IMG/VR virus record: IMGVR_UViG_3300045282_000084
Span: 1-64,000 of that record
Length of the DNA stretch: 64,000 bases
Strand: one strand, 5' to 3'
Source of the DNA: a virus
In this document: positions 19,701-27,096 of the stretch, piece after piece
How the letters are laid out: each line of letters opens with the position of its first letter
Numbering within the stretch: the first letter of the stretch is position 1
The notes under the pieces: generated by a model
What the model was told of the DNA's origin: nothing
Database searches by the model: none
Seen by the model: only the letters and a program-made list of their open reading frames with translations
Position numbers and translations under genes: made by a program

Positions 19701-20613
19701 CTACGCCGCCCTCGGTCTTGAAGTTCATCTGACCGAGCTGGATTGTCGCATCGACAACGTGGCTGACCCGATGGCGACCAGACTCACTAACCAGGCCACC
19801 GTGTACAGAAACGCCAGGAACGGCTTGGTTGGTGCGCAGGGCGATTACATCAACATCTGGGGCATCTCCGACGCGACCAACTGGCTTGGTCCCACGGCCG
19901 CGTCAGCCCCACTCGACACCCGCTACATCGAGAAGCCAGCGTGGAGGCAGATCAACGACTTCGTTGAGCCCGCCACCTTCTACCCAGGGTTGACCGACAC
20001 GATCTCGGTGTCAGACGCGCTGACGACGAAGCGCACGCACGCTTTGGCCGATGCGATCTCGATCAGCGATGCGCTGTCGGTCAGGCACCCGCGCACCCTG
20101 GCTGACTCGATCTCTGTCACTGACTCCTTGCGCCGCACTCCTGGGCCGCGGTTGGCCGACACGATCGTGATCTCCGACAGCCTGCGCGCGCAGGTCGGCA
20201 AACGGAATCTTGCCGACGCGATCAGCGTCTCTGACGCGCTCAATGTCGGCCCAGCGCGCCGTCTGAACGACAGCCTCAGCGTCACGGACAGCCTCAAGTC
20301 GCTCCGCATCCGTCGCCTTGACGACACCATCGCCATCAGCGATCGGATCAAGGGTCAGCAGATCCTTCACGACGGCTTCCAGGTCAGTGACCTGCTCACG
20401 TTCGTAGGCACGTTCCTCGAACTCCAGGCGTTCTTCACTCTGCGCGATTTTGCTGCCGTGCGCTTCCTGACCGCCGATTTCGCAGCCGTGGGCTTCACAT
20501 CGATCACCCGCCGCTTCGCCCGTTCGACCACAGCGGAGAAGCTGGTCGGCTTCACCAGTCGGGACTTCCGGGCGACCGACACCGTGCTGACCGAGGAACC
20601 GGATACAGTTTGA
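10723..20613 (+). CDS. 3296-aa repeat-rich fibre/appendage with ConA/LamG-like, GH26 and GH10 domains
   Basis: ~55-60 copies of an 18-aa L.DTIS(V/I)(T/S)D.L repeat; GH26 motifs RPFCEMNG, YWPG...VDFAGVELY, GETG; GH10 motifs TPEYEMQW, RGHTLIW, WHVVNE, LLYNDY, GIGFQGH, TELD, IWGISD. Confidence 0.85.
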   Translation: MGLQSRLGGFPSSSGLSTRSGFNRPSSLTFQSQDWIKMMLATPAGQFSQQTLTDDASKFLGGTGPGSATFPIALSDTISVSDTLPVLVVRQLIDTAITPTAATPTGLTNSAEGGSNGVTVTTANSGGASGNAWTTVAGSPTFQSTQVAHGSLAYNIPTNSETLIWTQGSVSDGYVRAYFYLSASTADFRIFGFLAASIQWRIRLNTSTFIIQNGAGTTTEATGTAVSSGQWYRLELHHNSAAQLEAKLWNSKDSSGAADQDLVAATATNSNIDELEFTSGGAVSSVYLDDLNGFATAWPGPAIGGSMDTLVVAITHTHPIALTDTISITDSLPVKVGRFISDTISITDLLLRIARPHIADTISVTDALARKFGPFLADTISITDALIALRTRALSDTISITDALARTARPSMADTIAVSDLLHTRAGPLLADTITVTDSLKRAIGEMGLIDTISVTESLARRSATAPTDTISVSDSLATTRVRFLADTISVTDALARGGFARSLTDTISLTDAIVKFAVHGLADTIAISDALPTGRNRPLMDSAYSWAFTDTFTRSSSTVFGGSWIGTSSPHFNVDGSEAQAVSVIASRTGQQYLLVGQADVQVQVRMMFDQLPTGAGPVDFGVWVDSDSANANGYRTRWQIAVAGTISNVTASDVATTLATVSSGTPSQGTPLPGEWWWMKVERAGVNLRVKAWRQTSVEPSAWDHDTVDTAVPPGQYVGVHFQTPAGVTNTPTFNWDDFSWRTTDVLVKSVPVLSDTISVSDTLISGRTRPIADTISITDALVKGGAVQRALSDTISVTDAIARRALPLVADSISLSDSIGRGRSLVDDGTTMGDQTLVSDTYTRSVGSGLGTADTGQTYGNFGASSVNGSAAVLPAIANTGVGAFVNGITKINEGGLVKIAFSATPTDTISVFTFLRLNPGFTAYYNVHLYLFSGTTVNLSNTVFTPSTTFAAPGSDVTIDAAWVNTQSYWMRFEVQGNQLRWRAWKDGSGEPTAWMFITTDSSVSTGGTVGFQTFGGAALTAGINVTFDNLLGYNNSDSLLLRPTRPLSDTISVSDSLRFKFGRPISDTISITDALVKGGVSARPISDTISVSDLLARREQPLITDTISVSDSLVKAAVKLIADTISVTDALLRAPTPKLADTIAVSDALASLRVRPLSDTIAVSDGLTLRVGRPIADTIAVTDGLASVVSVVLHNDFDTGQTSGTTITTGNSGATGDNAFNTVAGVPTYDSTIAFAGTLSMACITGATRQVGWSTSLGTQTLLWGRAYGSFASLAGTAIRIVQADGNVTTNLLRIATVAATGALQISVASFGTVTTTHTLTANQWFRIEWKFQVTGSVSSVELKLFLTPTSSTPDETISTSFAETDSSFAAVKIGVGSTSGSTFNFDELNTNNLGYPGPIAGGASRALTDTISITDLLPVKVGRFLAETITVTDTLARRTQVALAETISVTDLLARRVGRPLADTISITDLLPVRVGRFLIDTISITDLLARAQLRTLADTITITDALAALAKRGLVDTISVTDSLPIRVARFLTDTISVTDLLARAQLRSLLDTISITDALVVLAKRGLTDTIAVTDALALRVGRPLTDTISITDSLARRTTRPIADTISVTDALVPRRYRLLADSITGGGAGTTPTVRSSNVAASSATTTLSFSSLPSGAAVGDILMVHVSAVLGSSDITCTTSNLTRSVITNDSTTLRSAVFWRTLTSGDISSPPTMSFSGPSATGMHLNAMCVVGADPTTPVANTASGASSGTRARDITIGGNTGEAAGELVLALIGSNSSPVPWATNNIVGAPLAMITSEQVPGGMVDSTSQARVETAIGFKTPIGHSWYQWDMSAYTFPEAGGSGTGVTSDYENNRLSSISWPSEQTWPGGQNATVVSPNAPSGDTSPSYWLQYLAQGNYDALIYAFMAKLRTWGRAVVFRPFCEMNGGDHPWEVAWETHVHRATDAEHATYLKLAWQRVFLIAKGTDAELASAGMLSAGGFTTSSLAYTQNSGHSADAQNVFFHWNPQAFETSTTNRWDDYWPGTTPSGRAYVDFAGVELYISTGGTWSSTLNQLLHSTTVNSGRTHNSLYDHYIPLTNLNGGGSGETGYRYKSSEASTAAAIARINSIFDGTNGLAFNPLWRFLGYWDGGLETGTNGDSHVDNTGHSDIRTAITTILATGYLRPVLTDTMLSAPSGWTLGKQARRSLDTGSTSAHTNGGPGEVGSIVLWASAPIASATASTVGYGNYTSLSLLVSPISVAGISDTISFTVRPTVPLVDTITITESIQLRTAYKIADTISISDSLARAQPRALADTISITDAIKRRITPLLTDIGAFPNLLLPGGTVLPGGGVVATDCDTLAVTVRRFLADTISVSDSLVRKPTRALIDTIAVSDSLVKYAAKLLADTIAVSDSLARRVTRPLADTIAISDALAKGTLLHLSETISVSDTLASLRVRPITDTISITENLATSASGHKSVTLSDTISVSDALALRTTRLFADSISITDNLTAVAGHRQVALADTIAVSDLLARKGAPQLTDTIAVGTDQTLGADTFSRTVPVGLGIADSGQSYGTFGSGISVGSGVASIPFAANTGIGGYMVGPNSKNTGALMKMGFTALPDDIASSFLLLRLDSGFTHYYNAHLYLTPGGQVVLSRTIFTPSGSFDAGTSDITIDASWVNTQAYWLRFEALGTTLRWKAWKDGSSEPHAWSFVTVDGSVSASGTVGFQTFANAGLTASVQGTFDQLSFYSPGDWITTALPSRHLPLVDTISISDRLQHHVLGTSITAAQTTDPHYAPIVLRSFQSVTPEYEMQWGQVEPSQGTFFWTNVDTITAWAVANRKQVRGHTLIWDGGGDPAMMPPWVTGGSWTSTTLKAALQAHINAVVGRYKGVVRVWHVVNEAFEDDGSRTNWIFQNVIGDSWIELAFQYAYAADPTAKLLYNDYGDDWGYYSLNPKYNAILAMATDFVNRGIPIHGIGFQGHYDLQYTDYPDPADLTGVLSTYAALGLEVHLTELDCRIDNVADPMATRLTNQATVYRNARNGLVGAQGDYINIWGISDATNWLGPTAASAPLDTRYIEKPAWRQINDFVEPATFYPGLTDTISVSDALTTKRTHALADAISISDALSVRHPRTLADSISVTDSLRRTPGPRLADTIVISDSLRAQVGKRNLADAISVSDALNVGPARRLNDSLSVTDSLKSLRIRRLDDTIAISDRIKGQQILHDGFQVSDLLTFVGTFLELQAFFTLRDFAAVRFLTADFAAVGFTSITRRFARSTTAEKLVGFTSRDFRATDTVLTEEPDTV
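11680..20400 (+). repeat. six blocks of degenerate 54-bp (18-aa) tandem repeats, core GACACSATCTCSRTCACCGAC
   Basis: Blocks at approximately 11680-12340, 12985-13200, 13870-14295, 14950-15620, 17490-18330, 19990-20400. Confidence 0.9.
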
Positions 20614-20616
20614 CCC

Positions 20617-20898
20617 ATGTCTGAGAACGTGTACGACAAGGGCGATGAAGTGATTTTCCAGACGACGATCAAGGATCGCAACGGCATACTGATCGATCCT
20701 AGTGGCGTGCAGTTCTCGATCATCTTCCCCGACAAGACCTCGCAGAGCCCCACGCCCAGTCGCGATTCTCTCGGTATCTATGAGACCAAGGCCGTCTGCA
20801 CGCAGGTCGGGCGGTACTTCTACAGATGGACGACCACGGGTGGGGATTACATTGGCGCTGACGAGCGGAGTTTCTCAGTTCGTCCCAGCGCCTTCTGA
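20617..20898 (+). CDS. small Ig-like virion protein
   Basis: YDKGD.V......D..G.L.DP.......P...........G.Y........G.Y.YRW pattern. Confidence 0.6.
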   Translation: MSENVYDKGDEVIFQTTIKDRNGILIDPSGVQFSIIFPDKTSQSPTPSRDSLGIYETKAVCTQVGRYFYRWTTTGGDYIGADERSFSVRPSAF

Positions 20899-20906
20899 TC
20901 TTCACC

Positions 20907-20935
20907 TTGCGATTCTTCCTGCTTAGAGGTACTAT
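20907..20935 (+). promoter_or_regulatory. sigma-A-like promoter of the capsid operon
   Basis: TTGCGA-17 nt-TACTAT in the intergenic gap, ~150 nt before the capsid start. Confidence 0.6.
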
Positions 20936-21083
20936 CGCGCCCAGCTAGACAAGCTCACTCCCGCCGTGCGTTCAGGTGCCTGGTCCAACCGGAACCCTTA
21001 GCAAGCGGCCCATCGGGTGAAGCGGTCGGAGATGTTGCGCACCCATTGTGCGCCGCCGTGGCACCCGAATAGGAGGATGAGCA

Positions 21084-22670
21084 GTGGATCTTGAGGCCGT
21101 TCTCAAGCGCCTGACTGAGCTGGCAGAGAAGGCTGCTGCCGGTGAAAACGTGGATGAGGAGCGAAAGAAGCTGGAGGCAGAAAAGGCACGTCTCCAGCGT
21201 GAGGAGGACGAGCGCGCCGCCAAGGCCGCTGACGCAGAGGACACCAAGGGCCAGAAGGCCGACGACAACTCGAACGAGTCCGAGCTTGACCGGCTTCGTC
21301 GTGAGAAGCGCGAGCGCGATGAGCGCGAGTTCGTTCAGAGCGTCGTAGGCAAGGCGCTCGAAGTTGCTCGTGGAAATCAGGACGAGCAGCGCAAGCGGAT
21401 GCAGTCTCTGGCCGAGGAGGAGCTTGCCAAGGCTCTCGGCGGTGGTGCACTTGACGAGACCGTGCGCGGTCTCCTCGCCTCGACCCGCACCGAGTCCCGC
21501 TTCATTGGCGCAGGTGGCGACGAGGATGTCGCCAAGGCCATCGCAGCGGGAGGCACAGTGGATCGAAACTACGCCGGGGGTACCCAGGTCGCCATCTCCA
21601 AGGGAGCAGAGGCGATCTTCAAGCGCAAGTCCCTGGCTGAGTTCATGTCGATCGTCGCCCGCGCCTCGCGGCCAGCGATGGGCATCCTCAAGCCCGAGGA
21701 GAAGGAGTTCCTGGAGTGGTCGCAGAAGGCAGCCCTCGCAGAGGGCACGACCACAGCCGGTGGGTTCCTGATCCACCCCGAGTGGATGCCTGACATCCTC
21801 GGCCTGCTCCGTGGCTGGGCGATCGTGCGTCAGGCCAATCCGCGTATCGTGCCGTTCTCCAGGCTCATGAACCAGACGAGCATCTCGTCAGGCGCAACGG
21901 CCTTCTACACGGCAGAGAACGCGGTCATCTCGCCAAGCGGGATGACGTTCAACGAGGCTCCGCTGCTGACGCCGCACAACCTGACGGCGCTGGTGCCAGT
22001 CTCCAACTACCTGCTCAACGACGCGGCTGCTGCCGAGGGCATCGTCCGCGACGACCTCGCCGTGGTCATGGGGCTGCGCGAGGATCTCGCGTTCATCCAG
22101 GGCGTCGGTACCGGCGGCGAGCCTCTGGGCCTGCGCAACATCTCCGGTATCACGCTGAACCCGCTGACGGTCGCCACCAACGGCATCGCCGTCAACCTCG
22201 TCAACATGCGCCAGATCAAGAACACCGTCCGCTCGATGAACGCGGTCGGCGCTCGCTGGGCCTGGTTCTTCAACCCGGCGCTGGTCTCGCATCTGGAGAC
22301 TCTGACCGACTCGTTCGGCCGCTTCCTGGCGGACACGTCGATCCTCTCCTACGACGAGCCGAACCACAGCGGCACCCTCGACGGCGTACCGTTCTTCACC
22401 TCCAACCAGATCCCCATCAACCTGACGACCGGCACGTCTACGAACACCACGTATCTGATGCTGGTGAACATGTCCGAGACGATCGTCGGAGCGAGCCAGG
22501 ATCTGACCCTGGACGTGTCGAGCGAGGCGTCGTACACCACAGACGGTGGCACCACCTGGGTGTCCACTTTCCAGAACAACCAGACGCTGTTCCGGGCCGT
22601 GATGCGGCATGACATCAATCACCGCCGCCCGAACCAGATCATCGTGCAGACCGGGGTGATTGTCCCGTAA
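21084..22670 (+). CDS. HK97-fold major capsid protein with N-terminal coiled-coil (delta) domain
   Basis: AGGAGG RBS; E/K/R coiled coil; ALAEGTTTAGGFLIHPE, AEN, L.ALVPVSN.LLND, EDLAFIQG.GTGGEPLGL, FQNNQTLFRA..RHD. Confidence 0.93.
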   Translation: MDLEAVLKRLTELAEKAAAGENVDEERKKLEAEKARLQREEDERAAKAADAEDTKGQKADDNSNESELDRLRREKRERDEREFVQSVVGKALEVARGNQDEQRKRMQSLAEEELAKALGGGALDETVRGLLASTRTESRFIGAGGDEDVAKAIAAGGTVDRNYAGGTQVAISKGAEAIFKRKSLAEFMSIVARASRPAMGILKPEEKEFLEWSQKAALAEGTTTAGGFLIHPEWMPDILGLLRGWAIVRQANPRIVPFSRLMNQTSISSGATAFYTAENAVISPSGMTFNEAPLLTPHNLTALVPVSNYLLNDAAAAEGIVRDDLAVVMGLREDLAFIQGVGTGGEPLGLRNISGITLNPLTVATNGIAVNLVNMRQIKNTVRSMNAVGARWAWFFNPALVSHLETLTDSFGRFLADTSILSYDEPNHSGTLDGVPFFTSNQIPINLTTGTSTNTTYLMLVNMSETIVGASQDLTLDVSSEASYTTDGGTTWVSTFQNNQTLFRAVMRHDINHRRPNQIIVQTGVIVP

Positions 22671-23260
22671 TGTCCGACGTACCGGAAGGGGCCGTCCCAT
22701 TCCTATGGGCGCGAGCCTATGACAGCCTGGGACGCCCCCTACCGGCAACACGTGCAGAACTTGAACTCACCCGAGGAGGAACAGGAACCATGAGGCTGAT
22801 TGGAACTGGGAAGGACCCCCGTTACCCAAAGGGTCTGGTCTTCGACTCTGCCGAGGACACCCGCGAGTGCAAGTCGCTCGTGGACGCGGGCTGGGCGACC
22901 GTTGGTGAGCACGACGGTGAGGCTCCTGGCTACTTCGGCGATCAGCGCACAGTCGAGATCGCACAGGCAGCAGTTCGCGGTGACACCCTTTCGCTTCCGC
23001 ACGAGGCTGAGGTCGCCGAGAAGATCGCGGGCAACGAGCATGCGATCGTTCACACCGACAACGCCAGCGCCACGGTCGGCGACGACGTGGCCGAGGCAGA
23101 GAAGGCACGCAAGGTGGGCCACCTGGGTGCAGAGGGCGGGCCGCAGAAGACGCACAAGCGGCAGTCCGAGCCGATCGAGACCGACACGCCGGTCGAGCGG
23201 ACGACGCACCATCGCTCGGCGAAGGAGACCGCGCGCGGAGCGGCACCTGCGGGGGAGTGA
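22670..23260 (+). CDS. hypothetical head-module protein
   Basis: TAATG coupling to the capsid gene. Confidence 0.55.
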   Translation: MSDVPEGAVPFLWARAYDSLGRPLPATRAELELTRGGTGTMRLIGTGKDPRYPKGLVFDSAEDTRECKSLVDAGWATVGEHDGEAPGYFGDQRTVEIAQAAVRGDTLSLPHEAEVAEKIAGNEHAIVHTDNASATVGDDVAEAEKARKVGHLGAEGGPQKTHKRQSEPIETDTPVERTTHHRSAKETARGAAPAGE

Positions 23261-23848
23261 GTGGCGGCGCTCTACACGGATACGCCGACCCTCAAGTCCT
23301 ACTTGTCGAAGGACTCACGGACGGTGGACGACGCATGGTTGGGCATCCTGCTCGACTGTGCGGAGTCCACCGTCCGCAGGATGACGGGGCACAACTTCGG
23401 CCTCATTGAGACCGGAGTATCGAAGGTCTACTCGACCCTGGGCAAGAATCGCGTCCGAGTGGTGGACGCGCAGAACGTGACACAGGTGATCTTGGCTGGG
23501 TCGAACATCCTCCCCAACTATTGGATGCTCGACACCGGCATGATGGGAGAACCCGCACAGTGGATCTATATCTTCGCTCCAATCTCGGTCACCTACTCAG
23601 CCCTGGGGTTCTTCGCCAACGGGCTAAACGACCTGACCGTGAAGGGCGACTTCGGCTGGAGCCCTCCGCCAGCCGACATCACCGACGCCACCTACGTGCT
23701 GGCGGCTCGGTACCACAAGGAGCGCGGTCATGAGTACAGCGATGCGGTGCAGACCGAGGCTGGGCTCATGACCTACTACAAGCAGTTGCCGGGTCGCGTT
23801 CAGGCAGCCCTGAGCGCGGTCAAGGTTCCGAACATCGTGCTGGTGTGA
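23261..23848 (+). CDS. head-tail adaptor (gp6/gp15-like)
   Basis: Y.....LK.YL...D.....LL..AE......TG; V.G.FGW..PP.DI..A...LAAR. Confidence 0.8.
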   Translation: MAALYTDTPTLKSYLSKDSRTVDDAWLGILLDCAESTVRRMTGHNFGLIETGVSKVYSTLGKNRVRVVDAQNVTQVILAGSNILPNYWMLDTGMMGEPAQWIYIFAPISVTYSALGFFANGLNDLTVKGDFGWSPPPADITDATYVLAARYHKERGHEYSDAVQTEAGLMTYYKQLPGRVQAALSAVKVPNIVLV

Positions 23849-24453
23849 TGGACATTGTTCCTGATGGATACCGGGTAACCGCCCGCGTCTTCGGGCCTCG
23901 GATGCTGACCCCCGAGGAGACGAACGCGATCTTCATGGGAGAGGCCGAGGACATGCTGTACACCGAGGCACATGTTGGCGCGGAGGCGTGGCGCAGGATG
24001 GCCCGCCGCCGCAAGCGCACGGGCCACTACGCCGACAGCATCGACATTGTGAACGTGCACCCGGCTGCCCGCTCGATCGGGATCGACTTTGGCTCCACCC
24101 TCTCCTACGCGCACCTGCTCGAAGAAGGTCACGCAGGCAGCGAGGCCAGCGGAAGGGCGCTGGGCAACTCCAAGCGACCCTGGCCCGACAAGAGGGGGCT
24201 GACTCAGGGCTTGAACACGAGTTCCCGCCGTATCAGTCGGCGTAGTGTAGGCAGAGTCACGCCCGGCAGCTCTCGCATGGATGCGGGCAGGGTGTTCCGA
24301 AAGACCTCTGGCCCTGCGAAGCCAGCCCGGTTTATGGATCGCGTGCAGGCTGAGGTTGAGCCCCAACTACGTCTGGCTGTCAGAGCCTCGGGCCGCGAGA
24401 TCCGCAACAGAATCGTGGCCGACCTGAACGCTCACTCGGAGTTCACGGTATGA
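23845..24453 (+). CDS. HK97 gp10-like neck/tail-completion protein
   Basis: RTG....SI, YA.LLEEG, PA.PFM-like motifs; position in the module. Confidence 0.6.
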   Translation: MMDIVPDGYRVTARVFGPRMLTPEETNAIFMGEAEDMLYTEAHVGAEAWRRMARRRKRTGHYADSIDIVNVHPAARSIGIDFGSTLSYAHLLEEGHAGSEASGRALGNSKRPWPDKRGLTQGLNTSSRRISRRSVGRVTPGSSRMDAGRVFRKTSGPAKPARFMDRVQAEVEPQLRLAVRASGREIRNRIVADLNAHSEFTV

Positions 24454-24926
24454 GTGCGCCAGCGACGATCGCGACCCCTGGGAGCTTGGTGTCGCTGATG
24501 AGCGGCTACCTTAGCCTGCTGGGCACGGTCAACGACAGCCTGCCCGAAGATTACACTCCTCTGAGCATTTACCGGTGGCGACCGAGGAACCCCGATTGGC
24601 CCGGAATCTACAACTGGATTTTCACCCCAGGCACCTTTCAGCAGACGGACCTTGCGCGCTGGGTGGACTTCCTGGATGTGGCCACGAGGATCATGGTCTA
24701 CCCCACCGACGAGTACGAGGAGTCGGACGCCCTGGAGGTGTACGCCGACGCCTTCCGCAACGTCGTGGACTTCGGCTTCCGCTCGAACAACGGAATGCCC
24801 TTGGGCGGCGTAGCCACCGAGGCTCACCGCACGGGCATGCGGATCATCACCGACACGTGGGACAGAGAGTATCTGGGGATCGAGTTTCCGATCCGCTTCA
24901 AGCTGGCCCGAATCGTGCATGACTAG
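24450..24926 (+). CDS. putative tail terminator
   Basis: Size and position immediately upstream of the tail tube region. Confidence 0.5.
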   Translation: MSAPATIATPGSLVSLMSGYLSLLGTVNDSLPEDYTPLSIYRWRPRNPDWPGIYNWIFTPGTFQQTDLARWVDFLDVATRIMVYPTDEYEESDALEVYADAFRNVVDFGFRSNNGMPLGGVATEAHRTGMRIITDTWDREYLGIEFPIRFKLARIVHD

Positions 24927-24935
24927 GAGGAGCTG

Positions 24936-25322
24936 ATGGAACGGATCTTCAAGACCCCGGAGGACTCGCACGATGCGGTCGAGATCGTGGGCGTCGGGGT
25001 TGTCCCTGCCTATGGCAAGGGGGGCATCCTCGTCTCCCGCGTCGAGCTTCCAGAACTCGGTAAGGTCGAGGGCAAGGAGCGCGACGAGGCGGTCAAGGTG
25101 TGGGCCGAGAGTCGCGGCCTGGTCGTCATGGACGCCAAGAAGGCCGAGATGGACGCACTCGAACCACCCGAAAACGAACTCTACTCAGTGGGGCGCGAAG
25201 CCTACATGAAGCTGTTCCCCAACGATCAGACCACCGTCGCTACGGTGGTAGAGGAGGTTCAGCCCGCGCCGCCTCAGAAGGCTGATCTCACGTCGAGTGA
25301 GGCGAAGGGAGGCTCCAAGTGA
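24936..25322 (+). CDS. hypothetical protein
   Basis: AGGAGG RBS; coupled to the tail tube gene. Confidence 0.6.
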   Translation: MERIFKTPEDSHDAVEIVGVGVVPAYGKGGILVSRVELPELGKVEGKERDEAVKVWAESRGLVVMDAKKAEMDALEPPENELYSVGREAYMKLFPNDQTTVATVVEEVQPAPPQKADLTSSEAKGGSK

Positions 25323-26785
25323 GCACCTACCGTATCTTCGGCCTGATCGCGGACGCCACTCCTGGTGGTGCGGGGTATGACGATCTTGGCCCGACCTTCG
25401 CCATCCCTGACTCGACCCTGTTCTGGCCGGTCACGGGCGGCAACTTCAACCGCAACATCGAGCGCATCGACCGAAACACAGAGGCCAGGGGCCGTCGTGC
25501 CGCCTCGCCTCCGCTGTCGTTCCGTGGTCGCCCTGAGATGACGATCCCTGTGCCTGCGTACCGCACCGTTCTGGAGAAGGCGATGTACGCCGCGATGGGG
25601 CCGTCGATCACAGGTGGCTCGCCCACCTATCCAACTCCGACCGGTTCGGCAGGTGTCGGCTACACCCACACCTGGACGGCCCAGAAGAACCCGAGCTTCC
25701 TGCCTGCCTACCACGCCCAGCTCGTCAGGGACAACCTGAACAGCAAGATGTCGGGCAGCTACTTCAATCAGGTCACGATGACCTTCCCGCTCGACGGCGA
25801 GGCCACGCTTGAGTGCGACCTGATGGGCCTGTACTGGAAGCACTTCGACTCGGATCTCAACCAGGTTGGGCCAGCCGTAAACGCACAGCAGACGATCACC
25901 GTGACCGGCACGCCGACTGGTGGCTCGTTCACGCTCACCTACGGCGGGCAGACGGCCACGATCGCCTTTGGCTCGACTGCGGCGCAGGTCGTTACCGCGC
26001 TCACCGCTCTGTCCACCATCGGAGCTGGCGGCGTAACTGCAACTGGCGGCCCGCTTCCGGCGACTCCGGTTGTGGTGACCTTCGTCGCCCAGCTTGCAGG
26101 TACGGCCATTCCGCTCCCGATCGTCAACAACACTGGGTTCACAGGCGGCGCATCACCGGCTGCCGCGGTCACACAGACCGTCGTTGGCGTGCCCATCGAT
26201 ACCAACTATCTGGTGCCCCCGACCACCACGTTCACTGGCCTGTCCCCGAACGTGCTGATCCTGCGCGATGCGAAGATGGTGGTCAACGGCACGTTGGTCC
26301 CGATCCCTGACTTCCAGGGGTTCAGCCTCGTCTGGAACAACAACCTGAATCCGAAGTGGTTCGCTGGCCAGAACGTGCAGGCGACCACCTTCGTTCAGCC
26401 GGGGCTATGGGCTGAGACGCCACCATCGCAGGTGAAGAAGCTGTGGTACCCGAACGAGAACCGTCTGACCGGTATGCAGGATGTGACCGGCACGCTCGAC
26501 TTCGGCAACGCGAACACGGCTCAGGAGATCGCGGCTGACTTCGCACAGATCGAGCGCCTGATCTTCACCGTCACAGGCGACCCCATCACGGGCACCTCAC
26601 CGCTGGTGAACGAGGCGGTTGTGATCACGATGGCCGACGTGGTGGTCACGGGCGGCGGCGCTGGCGACCTGACGGCTCGCGACGACATTGTTTCGTCCTT
26701 CCAGTTCCAGTGTGGCTGGGATGAGACTCTTGGGTACGATCTCCAGTTCCAGGTCCTGAACGGGATCTCGACACGTATCTCGTAA
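25319..26785 (+). CDS. major tail (tube) protein with an inserted 'GGSFTLTYGGQ' module
   Basis: YTHTWT, G....Q.TMTF..DG..TL..D..G, F.L.WNNNL, VTGTLDF; position before chaperone and tape measure. Confidence 0.75.
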   Translation: MSTYRIFGLIADATPGGAGYDDLGPTFAIPDSTLFWPVTGGNFNRNIERIDRNTEARGRRAASPPLSFRGRPEMTIPVPAYRTVLEKAMYAAMGPSITGGSPTYPTPTGSAGVGYTHTWTAQKNPSFLPAYHAQLVRDNLNSKMSGSYFNQVTMTFPLDGEATLECDLMGLYWKHFDSDLNQVGPAVNAQQTITVTGTPTGGSFTLTYGGQTATIAFGSTAAQVVTALTALSTIGAGGVTATGGPLPATPVVVTFVAQLAGTAIPLPIVNNTGFTGGASPAAAVTQTVVGVPIDTNYLVPPTTTFTGLSPNVLILRDAKMVVNGTLVPIPDFQGFSLVWNNNLNPKWFAGQNVQATTFVQPGLWAETPPSQVKKLWYPNENRLTGMQDVTGTLDFGNANTAQEIAADFAQIERLIFTVTGDPITGTSPLVNEAVVITMADVVVTGGGAGDLTARDDIVSSFQFQCGWDETLGYDLQFQVLNGISTRIS

Positions 26786-26826
26786 GTGCTCGCATGGGGC
26801 AATAGCCCGTAGCGAAAGGAGCATGG

Positions 26827-27096
26827 GTGAAACAAGCAGTCCTGATTCGGTCAGGGCAGCGATTCAAGCAGCTTGAGCGGGCAGCGAAGGCTGCAACTCA
26901 CGCTGCGCTTGAACTCGCAAACGCGAGCGATGTTGACGCCGTTGGGCGTTACACTCTCACTTCCGATGAATCAGTTGATTCAGCGGGGCTCTTGGCCTTC
27001 TTGCAGTCGGCCGAGGAACAGTGTCAGGGCATGTGTCTGACAGTAATCGTGATAGCCAAAGAGGCAAACACGGGAGGAAGTAATGGCACCGACTAA
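26827..27096 (+). CDS. hypothetical protein
   Basis: AAGGAG RBS; fills the gap; atypical codon usage. Confidence 0.45.
   Translation: MKQAVLIRSGQRFKQLERAAKAATHAALELANASDVDAVGRYTLTSDESVDSAGLLAFLQSAEEQCQGMCLTVIVIAKEANTGGSNGTD

Noticed and set aside
11680-20400. Regularly spaced repeats as a CRISPR array or DGR
   Set aside because: The repeats are degenerate at third codon positions within one ORF; no cas genes, reverse transcriptase or adenine-specific TR/VR pair seen
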